Virus record (IMG/VR): IMGVR_UViG_2545824714_000009
Origin: a virus
Lineage: Duplodnaviria; Heunggongvirae; Uroviricota; Caudoviricetes
Direction: 5' to 3' (one strand)
DNA length: 7,977 nt
Within the stretch, counting starts at the first letter, position 1. Each line of letters opens with the position of its first letter. Shown here piece after piece: positions 1 through 6,509 of this stretch. Below the pieces are notes generated by a model, which made no database searches, was not told the DNA's origin, and saw only the letters and a program-made list of their open reading frames with translations. The translations under genes were made by a program, and so were the position numbers.

Positions 1-583
<583 letters not shown>

Positions 584-676
584 TTTGTTCTCCACGTATA
601 TGCGCTGCACCGCGCTGAATTCTGGTAAAAAGAATCCCTCACCATCCGGCGATTATTGAGTAAATTACGTTTCCAT

Positions 677-698
677 AAATGCCCCCGCAGGGGCATTT
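677..698 (-). terminator. GC-rich hairpin just 3' of the yfdQ-like gene; possible weak intrinsic terminator or RNA-stabilising stem
   Basis: AAATGCCCC (677-685) and GGGGCATTT (690-698) form a 9-bp stem with a 4-nt loop, 13 nt downstream of the yfdQ-like stop. The U-tract on the minus strand is short (AUUUAU), so terminator function is uncertain. Confidence 0.35.
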
Positions 699-710
699 GC
701 AGTAATGAAA

Positions 711-1535
711 TCAGGCGGTGAAAGTACCAATAAAGGTTTCTACTTTGCTGTCCTTGAATTTCTCAACAAGCAGATCACGAAATTCGTTAGCCATTTCTTC
801 CTGCACCGCCTCCAGCTGAATAATGCGCAGAACCAGTACCGGACGATCGCCAGTGATAATGCTGAGGCGTAATTTAAACGGACGTTCTTTCAGACCTTCA
901 AACGGAATGCATTTAAATTCAAATGCCACTGGCATAATGTCTTTGGTCTTCGCTTCGACAGACTCCATCAGGGAGCGTTTGCCGCTGAAGTCATTATCTT
1001 CAAAATCAGCGGTCTGGTTTGCTTCAATCGTGATTTTACGGACCGCCGCAGCCGCTTTTGTTGCCTGAATGGTGTCACCATTAGCATCAAAGCCCACAAG
1101 GTAGTCGGCCCAGTCTTCAATCCATTCTGCCAGTGATTTCTGGGAGTTACGCTCGCCATTAACAGACAACAGAGCAGAGAACGGTGCTGTCTTTTTCAGT
1201 TTGAGAGTGGCGGTGTTATCTGCGTGACCTGGTTCATCAATAGTACCCAGGTTAAGCACACTGACGGCTCGCATATTATCAGCATCGATAAAGCAGCGGG
1301 TGCCTTCATCTGCAAGATCTTTAGAATAACGGGTAAAGTCATCGATGCTGGCAGTGGAAAGCGCACCACGGAAACGGAAGCGATTTAAATTAAATTTTTC
1401 CAGATCATGAATGCGGAAATTCTCAGGCAATGCCACAGCATCGGCACCAATCTTACTGATAATTTCATTAACACCCTGAGCAGAAATAAGGGCATGGATT
1501 TGATTAATTGCGGTTGTGTCTAAGTTCTGAGACAT
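711..1535 (-). CDS. yfdQ: YfdQ-like prophage protein of unknown function (DUF2303-type), 274 aa
   Basis: Long minus-strand ORF with GAGG 7 nt upstream of the ATG at 1535 and protein-like composition throughout. Length and position (between yfdP-like and yfdR-like genes) match the CPS-53 yfdP-yfdQ-yfdR arrangement as I recall it. Confidence 0.8.
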   Translation of the reverse strand: MSQNLDTTAINQIHALISAQGVNEIISKIGADAVALPENFRIHDLEKFNLNRFRFRGALSTASIDDFTRYSKDLADEGTRCFIDADNMRAVSVLNLGTIDEPGHADNTATLKLKKTAPFSALLSVNGERNSQKSLAEWIEDWADYLVGFDANGDTIQATKAAAAVRKITIEANQTADFEDNDFSGKRSLMESVEAKTKDIMPVAFEFKCIPFEGLKERPFKLRLSIITGDRPVLVLRIIQLEAVQEEMANEFRDLLVEKFKDSKVETFIGTFTA

Positions 1536-1600
1536 AATAAGTCCTCACTATATAAAGATATTCAGTGATGAGATAAATAATCAGTTAATTAAGAACGATA

Positions 1601-1963
1601 TTAATGACCTGCTGCGCGGAGTTTTCCGTCAGGTTCACCGGCAAGAGTCAGTAATTGTCCCTGGTCTTCCTGCAGAATAGTCAGGCGACCACCGCGATTG
1701 ACATACATCGGCGTTTCGGTGGTGTCTTCTTCGGAAATTTTCCCGCGGTTAGTCGGGCGAACATATGAGAGTTTGTGTTTGATTTTCACACGGTTCTCAT
1801 CAAATGGTTCGATTTCCAGGTTGAGTGAGACCTTACCTTTGGTTTTCGTGTTCATCACACCGGAAGCGACTTCACTGAGAACTGCGCCGATTTTGGTTTC
1901 AAATACGCCGCCGTCCAGCTCCCCGATAAATGCCTGTACATCAGTACTGCGTTCGCTAGCCAT
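1601..1963 (-). CDS. yfdP: YfdP-like small prophage protein, 120 aa, unknown function
   Basis: Minus-strand ORF. The ATG at 1963 is preceded by GAGGAG with a 7-nt spacer (two further in-frame ATGs lie 18 and 21 nt upstream). The 226-aa ORF in the track (to 2281) is an in-frame extension into GC-rich non-coding sequence (Arg/Cys/Pro-rich translation). Confidence 0.6.
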   Translation of the reverse strand: MASERSTDVQAFIGELDGGVFETKIGAVLSEVASGVMNTKTKGKVSLNLEIEPFDENRVKIKHKLSYVRPTNRGKISEEDTTETPMYVNRGGRLTILQEDQGQLLTLAGEPDGKLRAAGH

Positions 1964-2011
1964 TTTGCTGCTCCTCATCATATCGACCCTGCAAGGCCGA
2001 TTAGTTTCTCC

Positions 2012-2100
2012 ACAAAACAGAGAAGAACACCTGCGGTGGCAGCCGCCCGGATGGATTGGGTTATGAGCCCGTCGTCCGGTGATGCTCTTCTCTGTTTTGT
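2012..2100. repeat. Perfect 15-bp inverted repeat ACAAAACAGAGAAGA / TCTTCTCTGTTTTGT flanking a 59-bp GC-rich spacer
   Basis: Read directly: 2012-2026 is the exact reverse complement of 2086-2100. It sits about 50 nt upstream of the yfdP-like start on the transcribed (minus) strand, so it would form a long stem in the leader RNA. Confidence 0.7.
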
Positions 2101-2145
2101 AAAAAGGACGGTACCAGCCGGAAGCAAGGGTACAAACTGGTACCG
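2101..2145 (-). terminator. Candidate intrinsic terminator/attenuator within the leftward operon leader
   Basis: On the minus strand, CGGUACCAG (2145-2137) pairs with CUGGUACCG (2117-2109) as a 9-bp stem around a 19-nt loop, followed by UCC and U5 (complement of the A-run 2101-2105). The loop is large for a canonical terminator. Confidence 0.4.
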
Positions 2146-2400
2146 CCAGGACTACACACAGCATAAAGTTGTGGTGCCGGGTGCCTCCCGGTGCCTGGCG
2201 AAGGTTGCACACCAGACGGGTGGGTATCCACAGAAGGTCGACTGTCAGCCTCAACCTTAACCCGCGTGCGCTGAGCCGCATTCACCACAACGCTAAGGAT
2301 TCTCTTTGGTTGAAAATACTTAGCTGTTATGTGCCTGTCTTTTCACCACTTCAGGCTCGGTGGTATCCTTTTAAGCCCGTATACATAAAAGGAAAATCAA

Positions 2401-2646
2401 ATGACTTTTGATGAAAAAGAACTTGATAATGCAATTAATAAAATCATCGTAACGTCGCTCTTTTCCTGTCTCAGCGACACTCAGCAGAAACAGTTCTACG
2501 AATCGGCTTTCAACATGATCGAGCGTTGTTGTTTCTGCGATGCCGACGAGTTACCTGAAAAAATCAGGAAACAGTTGGCTGATGCTCTTCGAGTGCGACT
2601 TTCTGACCAATTTTCTGAAATGTGCTCTCCGAATTTGGACAAATAG
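2401..2646 (+). CDS. Hypothetical small protein (81 aa), oriented against the leftward early operon; possible moron
   Basis: ATG at 2401 preceded by AGGA with an 8-nt spacer; protein-like composition (MTFDEKELDNAINKII...). No family recognised and no clear sigma-70 promoter found upstream. Confidence 0.5.
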   Translation: MTFDEKELDNAINKIIVTSLFSCLSDTQQKQFYESAFNMIERCCFCDADELPEKIRKQLADALRVRLSDQFSEMCSPNLDK

Positions 2647-2839
2647 AAAAAGGCCATTTCCATTCAGGGTCTGATGGAAATACTTCAGCCTGTTCCAAAG
2701 CACGGCGTAAAGAGAACACAACTCCAGCCATAATCTGATGTTTCCCATTGGTCCAGCTATCGCCGCTCTGATCTACAGGGGCGGCTATGTCGTATGACCA
2801 AACGACTTCACAGTTATTGTTTAAAATCTGGACTTTCAT
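2564..2839 (-). CDS. Hypothetical small acidic protein (91 aa), first gene downstream of the putative PL/OL region
   Basis: Minus-strand ORF. The ATG at 2839 is preceded by AGGTG with a 6-nt spacer (an alternative ATG at 2860 has a weaker RBS). The N-terminal part looks protein-like (MKVQILNNNCEVVWSYDIAAPVDQSGDSW...). The 3' 83 nt overlap the convergent plus-strand ORF, so the true C-terminus is uncertain. Not Arg-rich, so not N-like. Confidence 0.45.
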   Translation of the reverse strand: MKVQILNNNCEVVWSYDIAAPVDQSGDSWTNGKHQIMAGVVFSLRRALEQAEVFPSDPEWKWPFSICPNSESTFQKIGQKVALEEHQPTVS

Positions 2840-3046
2840 TTCATACACCTGCTTTAACATGAGTGCCTAGTGGCACAACATGACTCAACGAATCATCCTG
2901 GACTTCATATGCCCCAGGCGGCTACTTCGTGGGCGTCCTGCCTGTTCGTTTTTGACATTTACTGACTGCTTACGACACATGCACCGTGTTGCAACCAGAT
3001 TTTGTTGTAATCCTGTAGTTGGTCTGGAACAAAAGATAAAATTAAA

Positions 3047-3083
3047 TTGCGAGACATGCAAGTGATATTTGCGAGATATGCAA
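3047..3083. promoter_or_regulatory. Putative OL operator pair (two 15-bp near-palindromic sites) with the likely PL promoter
   Basis: TTGCGAGACATGCAA (3047-3061) and TTGCGAGATATGCAA (3069-3083), 22 bp centre to centre, share the TTGCG-N5-(A/T)GCAA architecture with the site at 3851-3865 between cI and cro. They lie just beyond the cI terminator, where OL/PL sits in lambdoid phages. Confidence 0.5.
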
Positions 3084-3096
3084 ATTTATAGGTAAT

Positions 3097-3117
3097 AAAA
3101 AGCCACCTTTCGGTGGC
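3097..3117 (-). terminator. Intrinsic terminator downstream of the repressor gene
   Basis: Minus-strand RNA GCCACC-GAAA-GGUGGC (6-bp GC stem, GNRA tetraloop; 3117-3102) followed by UUUUUAUU (3101-3094), 21 nt after the cI stop. Confidence 0.65.
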
Positions 3118-3137
3118 CGATGGATGGGATATTGAGG

Positions 3138-3830
3138 TTAATTATGTCTCTTAAGGGTTTGCGACTGACTGATTAAGACCTTTCCAAAGACCATGAATCG
3201 GTGTTCGTTTTCGCTAGTAATTCCCCATTCACGGTAAATCTGGTTATCAGAAATCACCAGCAGTTTGTCAGGAATCATTTGAAGTCTTTTAACGTATATT
3301 TTGTCATCAAAACCAAAGACATATATACCATCACCATCAAACTGATTGATGCTGACATCAACGAAGATGAGATCTCCGGGCTCAATGGTTGGACACATAC
3401 TGTCCCCACGAACGTTGATAACTTTGATGTGATTGGCTGGTCGTCCGCCGAACATTGATACAGCATTATCAGTTCTGTATTCGATGGCATGAATCACATC
3501 AATGACATCACCGCCCTGGATAAGGCCATTTCCCGCACTGGCACTGATATCCAGCATTTCAATACGGAACACATCCTTCACCTGCGCAACATCCTCATTA
3601 TTACTGTTTTTATATACAGTATTACTTTTGTGGGCAGAGGTAAAGAGATCAGCAATATCAACACCTAAGCTCTTGGCAATATTACTCAGTGTTTGTTCGG
3701 TAAATTGTTTTTGCTTACCCGTTTCTAAGCGCGAGATGTTCGCCGCATCTACTCCTATCGCTTCAGCGAGATCGGCGATTTTCATGTTCTTCGCTTGGCG
3801 AAGTTGTCTGACTCGGTTTCCTATGTTCAT
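3138..3830 (-). CDS. cI: CI-like prophage repressor: N-terminal XRE-type HTH plus C-terminal S24 (LexA-like) autopeptidase domain
   Basis: 230-aa ORF. N-terminus RVRQLRQAKNMKIADLAEAIGVDAANISRLETGKQ is an XRE-type HTH; there is an Ala-Gly candidate cleavage site (SASAGNG), a catalytic Ser in GDSM and a Lys in YVKRL. It is divergent from a Cro-like gene. No SD upstream; the -10/-35 spacing suggests a leaderless mRNA. Confidence 0.9.
   Translation of the reverse strand: MNIGNRVRQLRQAKNMKIADLAEAIGVDAANISRLETGKQKQFTEQTLSNIAKSLGVDIADLFTSAHKSNTVYKNSNNEDVAQVKDVFRIEMLDISASAGNGLIQGGDVIDVIHAIEYRTDNAVSMFGGRPANHIKVINVRGDSMCPTIEPGDLIFVDVSINQFDGDGIYVFGFDDKIYVKRLQMIPDKLLVISDNQIYREWGITSENEHRFMVFGKVLISQSQTLKRHN
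3602..3621. promoter_or_regulatory. Near-consensus LexA (SOS) box located inside the cI coding sequence
   Basis: TACTGTTTTTATATACAGTA matches the E. coli LexA box consensus TACTGTATATATATACAGTA at 18 of 20 positions, with intact CTGT-N8-ACAG. It is the only CTGT-N8-ACAG in the window and encodes TVYKNS in the CI inter-domain linker. Confidence 0.45.
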
Positions 3831-3927
3831 GCGTTTATTACATTTCTTTATTGCGTGATAAGCAAATCAACTTGCGCAAAATAATTGCGTGAAATAACAT
3901 GCATAACGCGCAATATTTGGAGGGCGT
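3831..3927. promoter_or_regulatory. Divergent immunity control region (OR-like operators, PRM-like and PR-like promoters)
   Basis: Operator-like site TTGCGTGATAAGCAA (3851-3865), palindrome TTGCGCAA (3872-3879) and further TTGCG/CGCAA half-sites (3885-3889, 3909-3913). Leftward promoter candidate: -35 TTGCTT, 17-bp spacer, -10 TGTAAT at -12..-7 relative to the cI ATG. Rightward candidate: -35 TTGCGC (3872-3877), 17 bp, -10 TAACAT (3895-3900), then GGAGG SD 5 nt before the cro ATG. Confidence 0.6.
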
Positions 3928-4188
3928 ATGCAATCACCATTACGAAATGTGCGTAAGGCGCATGGTTTCACTTTGCAGCATGTTGCTGCGGGTGTTCAAG
4001 TCAATCCAGCGACGTTGAGTCGTATTGAGAGGCTGGAGCAGATTCCATCTATCGAGCTTGCAGAACGTTTAGCCAATTTTTTTAAGGGTGAAGTCAGCGA
4101 AATGCAGATTCTTTATCCGGCACGTTTTCAATCTAGCCAAAACCAGAATGGGTTTAAACCACAGGAACAGGAGGTGAACCGTGGGTAA
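3928..4188 (+). CDS. cro: Cro-like HTH regulator (86 aa)
   Basis: ATG at 3928 with GGAGG 5 nt upstream. N-terminal HTH (GFTLQHVAAGVQVNPATLSRIE); divergent from the CI-like gene across an operator-bearing region. Confidence 0.8.
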   Translation: MQSPLRNVRKAHGFTLQHVAAGVQVNPATLSRIERLEQIPSIELAERLANFFKGEVSEMQILYPARFQSSQNQNGFKPQEQEVNRG

Positions 4189-4732
4189 GCATCACTGGAA
4201 AGTAGAAAAACAGCCTGAGTGGTACGTGAAAGCTGTCAGAAAAACTATCGCAGCGTTGCCGGGGGGGTACGCTGAAGCTGCTGACTGGCTGGATGTAACA
4301 GAGAACGCATTATTTAACCGCCTTCGTGCCGATGGCGATCAGATTTTCCCGCTGGGATGGGCAATGATTTTGCAACGTGCTGGTGGAACTCACTTCATTG
4401 CTGACGCTGTGGCGCAGTCTGCAAATGGCGTCTTTGTGTCTCTTCCTGATGTCGAGGATGTGGACAACGCCGATATCAACCAACGCCTGCTGGAGGTCAT
4501 TGAACAGATCGGCAGTTATTCAAAACAGATTCGTTCAGCAATCGAAGACGGTGTAGTGGAACCGCATGAGAAAACTGCAATTAACGACGAGCTATATCTC
4601 TCAATTTCGAAGCTGCAGGAGCATGCAGCACTGGTCTACAAAATCTTTTGCATTTCAGAAAGTAATGACGCCCGCGAGTGTGCAGCTCCGGGCGCCGTGG
4701 CGTGTCGTGACTGTGGAGAAACTAACGCATGA
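4181..4732 (+). CDS. CII-position early protein (183 aa); possibly YdaT/CII-like regulator, with a C-terminal Cys cluster
   Basis: GTG start at 4181 preceded by AGGAGGT with a 5-nt spacer, overlapping the cro stop by 8 nt. Sits directly after cro. C-terminus contains CxxxxxxxCxxC ([12 protein letters not shown]). Family assignment is from recollection and context only. Confidence 0.7.
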   Translation: MGKHHWKVEKQPEWYVKAVRKTIAALPGGYAEAADWLDVTENALFNRLRADGDQIFPLGWAMILQRAGGTHFIADAVAQSANGVFVSLPDVEDVDNADINQRLLEVIEQIGSYSKQIRSAIEDGVVEPHEKTAINDELYLSISKLQEHAALVYKIFCISESNDARECAAPGAVACRDCGETNA

Positions 4733-5067
4733 ACAGTTTAACAACACACTACCGTCGCTCGCAACTGATTGCGCTTCCTGTACCGGGTGGAAAAGCGAAG
4801 GTGGAGTATTGCTATGCAGTAAATGTACCAGGTGACAGGGAAATTGTAACCCACAGCTTTGCAGAGTGGGCTGTGGGTGATTTCAACCGGCAGAAGGAGA
4901 CAGTCCTTTGCGACAAGTTAACCGCTGGTTCAAAGATCACTACGGAGTGCCCGTCAGAGTCATTCGTTGGGAACCGGAAACACAACGGGTTATCTACCTC
5001 CGCGAAGGCTATGAGCATGAGTGCTTCAGTCCGCTCGAACAGTTTCGTCGTAAATTCAGGGAAATAG
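4729..5067 (+). CDS. Hypothetical early protein with likely disrupted reading frame (frameshift candidate or two overlapping small genes)
   Basis: ATG at 4729 overlaps the upstream stop (ATGA). The first ~63 codons look protein-like (…[38 protein letters not shown]), then the frame becomes Ser-rich. The other frame from ~4908 to 5087 reads as genuine protein ([54 protein letters not shown]) and has AAGGAG 9 nt before a TTG at 4908. Confidence 0.4.
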   Translation: MNSLTTHYRRSQLIALPVPGGKAKVEYCYAVNVPGDREIVTHSFAEWAVGDFNRQKETVLCDKLTAGSKITTECPSESFVGNRKHNGLSTSAKAMSMSASVRSNSFVVNSGK

Positions 5068-5076
5068 AGGTCGGTC

Positions 5077-6018
5077 ATGAGCACTAAATTAACCGGCTAT
5101 GTATGGGATGGTTGCGCAGCGTCAGGCATGAAATTATCCAGCGTGGCAATTATGGCCCGCCTGGCTGATTTCAGTAATGACGAAGGTGTGTGCTGGCCAT
5201 CAATTGAAACCATTGCCCGTCAGATTGGCGCGGGGATGAGTACCGTCAGAACGGCTATCGCACGGCTGGAAGCAGAAGGCTGGTTAACGCGTAAGGCGCG
5301 TCGCCAGGGTAACCGCAATGCGTCGAATGTTTATCAGCTTAACGTTGCGAAGCTTCAGGCAGCGGCATTTTCTCAACTGTCAGATTCTGACCCGTCAAAA
5401 TCTGACGCATCAAAATCTGACCCGTCAAAATTTGATGCGTCGAAATCTGGCAAAAAAGCGGGTTTTCACCCGTCAGAATCTGGCGGGGATCCGTCAGTAA
5501 AATCAAAACATGATCCGTCAGATAAAAAAACTTCTCGTCCGGACGCTTCGCAACCGGACACGCAGACGGCTGAACAGGAGTTTTTAACTCGCCATCCTGA
5601 TGCGGTTGTATTCAGCCCTAAAAAGCGCCAGTGGGGAACGCAGGATGATTTGACCTGCGCACAGTGGCTCTGGAAAAAAATCATCGCCCTGTACGAGCAG
5701 GCCGCCGAATGTGACGGCGAGGTGGTTCGTCCCAAAGAACCGAACTGGACAGCCTGGGCAAACGAAATTCGCCTGATGTGTGTGCAGGATGGTCGTACTC
5801 ATAAACAAATCTGCGAGATGTACAGCCGCGTCAGTCGCGATCCGTTCTGGTGCCGTAACGTGCTCAGCCCGTCGAAGCTGCGGGAAAAATGGGATGAGCT
5901 TTCCCTGCGCTTATCGCCGTCCGTCAGCACGTACACCGAAAAACGCGAAGACCCGTACTTCAAAGCCAGTTACGACAACGTGGACTACAGCCAGATCCCG
6001 GCAGGATTCAGGGGGTGA
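5077..6018 (+). CDS. Phage replication initiator: N-terminal winged-HTH domain, internal repeat region, DnaT-like C-terminal domain
   Basis: 313-aa ORF with GAGG 7 nt upstream. N-terminus (…WPSIETIARQIGAGMSTVRTAIARLEAEGWL) is HTH-like. The C-terminus ends …DYSQIPAGFRG, resembling the C-terminal end of E. coli DnaT as I recall it (…SQIPPGFRG). An iteron array lies inside the gene, as in lambda O. Confidence 0.85.
   Translation: MSTKLTGYVWDGCAASGMKLSSVAIMARLADFSNDEGVCWPSIETIARQIGAGMSTVRTAIARLEAEGWLTRKARRQGNRNASNVYQLNVAKLQAAAFSQLSDSDPSKSDASKSDPSKFDASKSGKKAGFHPSESGGDPSVKSKHDPSDKKTSRPDASQPDTQTAEQEFLTRHPDAVVFSPKKRQWGTQDDLTCAQWLWKKIIALYEQAAECDGEVVRPKEPNWTAWANEIRLMCVQDGRTHKQICEMYSRVSRDPFWCRNVLSPSKLREKWDELSLRLSPSVSTYTEKREDPYFKASYDNVDYSQIPAGFRG
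5386..5530. repeat. Iteron array plus A-rich tract inside the replication gene: candidate origin of replication
   Basis: 15-bp periodic units TCTGACCCGTCAAAA / TCTGACGCATCAAAA / TCTGACCCGTCAAAA / TTTGATGCGTCGAAA (5386-5445), with further CCGTCAG cores at 5470, 5491 and 5515, followed by GATAAAAAAAC (5521-5531). The coding-level equivalent is a DPSKS/DASKS pentapeptide repeat. Confidence 0.65.
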
Positions 6019-6020
6019 GC

Positions 6021-6509
6021 ATGAGTCTTTTGAATGACGTTCAGAAATTCATTGAAGCCCATCCGGGCTGTACTTCCGGAGATATTGCGGATGCTTTTGC
6101 CGGTTACTCACGGCAGCGCGTTCTGCAGTCAGCAAGCAAGTTACGTCAGAGTGGGCGTGTGGCTCACCGTTGTGAAGGAGATACACGCAGACATTTCCCG
6201 CGCCTGACTGAGAGAGCGCAGGAACCGGAACCACAACCAGTTCGTGAAACCAGACCTGTGCGCAATTTCTATGTCGGCACTAACGATCCCCGTGTGATTT
6301 TGTGCCTGACCCGCCAGGCGGAAGAACTGGAGTCCAGGGGCTTATACCGTCGTGCTGCAACCGTGTGGATGGCGGCATTCCGTGAAAGCCACTCCCAGCC
6401 AGAACGAAACAATTTTCTGACGCGTCGTGAGCGGTGCTTACGGAAAAGCAGCAAGCGCGCTGCATCGGGTGAAGAGTGGTATCTGTCAGGGAATTACGTG
6501 GGGGCTTAA
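6021..6509 (+). CDS. Regulator with PerC/Pch-like C-terminal region and an N-terminal winged-helix-like extension
   Basis: ATG at 6021, 3 nt after the replication gene stop, with a G-rich SD. The motif AEELESRGLYRRAATVWMAAF…RRERCLRK resembles the PerC/Pch signature as I recall it; the N-terminal ~45 aa look like a small winged helix. The track's start at 6015 is a GTG that overlaps the upstream stop. Confidence 0.7.
   Translation: MSLLNDVQKFIEAHPGCTSGDIADAFAGYSRQRVLQSASKLRQSGRVAHRCEGDTRRHFPRLTERAQEPEPQPVRETRPVRNFYVGTNDPRVILCLTRQAEELESRGLYRRAATVWMAAFRESHSQPERNNFLTRRERCLRKSSKRAASGEEWYLSGNYVGA

Noticed and set aside
823-1159. Plus-strand 81-aa and minus-strand 63-aa ORFs inside the yfdQ-like gene
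   Set aside because: Alternative-frame or antisense ORFs within a well-supported 274-aa CDS; compositionally implausible.
2012-2100. The 15-bp inverted repeats as the ends of an invertible switch or a miniature transposable element
   Set aside because: The 59-bp intervening segment is too short for a typical invertase substrate, and no recombinase or target-site duplication is evident. An RNA stem is the simpler reading.
2224-2232. DnaA-box-like 9-mer GTATCCACA
   Set aside because: An 8/9 match is expected about once or twice by chance in a window this size, and it is not near the iteron origin.
1601-2281. 226-aa minus-strand ORF in the track that extends the yfdP-like gene
   Set aside because: The upstream 106 codons translate to Arg/Cys/Pro-rich sequence across the GC-rich leader. 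An ATG with a GAGGAG RBS at 1963 gives the expected 120-aa product.
2036-2411. Three ORFs (2036-2260 plus, 2061-2288 minus, 2169-2411 plus) inside the GC-rich region
   Set aside because: Open frames are expected by chance in GC-rich sequence. The translations are Arg/Pro/Gly-rich, without RBSs, and overlap each other.
2861-3046. Search for nut-like boxA/boxB antitermination sites downstream of the putative PL
   Set aside because: No CGCTCTT-type boxA on the transcribed strand; only a small 5-bp hairpin (2863-2876). No N-like Arg-rich protein is encoded either.
2880-3065. 61-aa plus-strand ORF in the cI-distal control region
   Set aside because: Cys/Arg-rich translation with no RBS; it lies across the operator and terminator region.
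3201-3858. Plus-strand ORFs 3201-3458 and 3502-3858 and minus-strand ORF 3275-3490 within the repressor gene
   Set aside because: Antisense or alternative-frame to a strongly supported CI-like CDS. I considered whether a LexA-box-driven transcript might encode one of them, but none has an RBS or protein-like composition.
4566-4835. 89-aa plus-strand ORF overlapping the end of the CII-position gene
   Set aside because: Alternative frame within better-supported genes; Cys/Ser-rich and without an RBS.
5386-5445. Regular 15-bp repeats considered as a CRISPR-like array
   Set aside because: The units are contiguous with no spacers, lie inside a coding sequence, and fit an iteron origin.
5318-6037. 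ORFs 5318-5500, 5466-5735, 5584-5808 and 5780-6037 inside the replication gene
   Set aside because: Alternative-frame or antisense ORFs; the first is an artefact of the iteron repeats (repeated QNLT translation).
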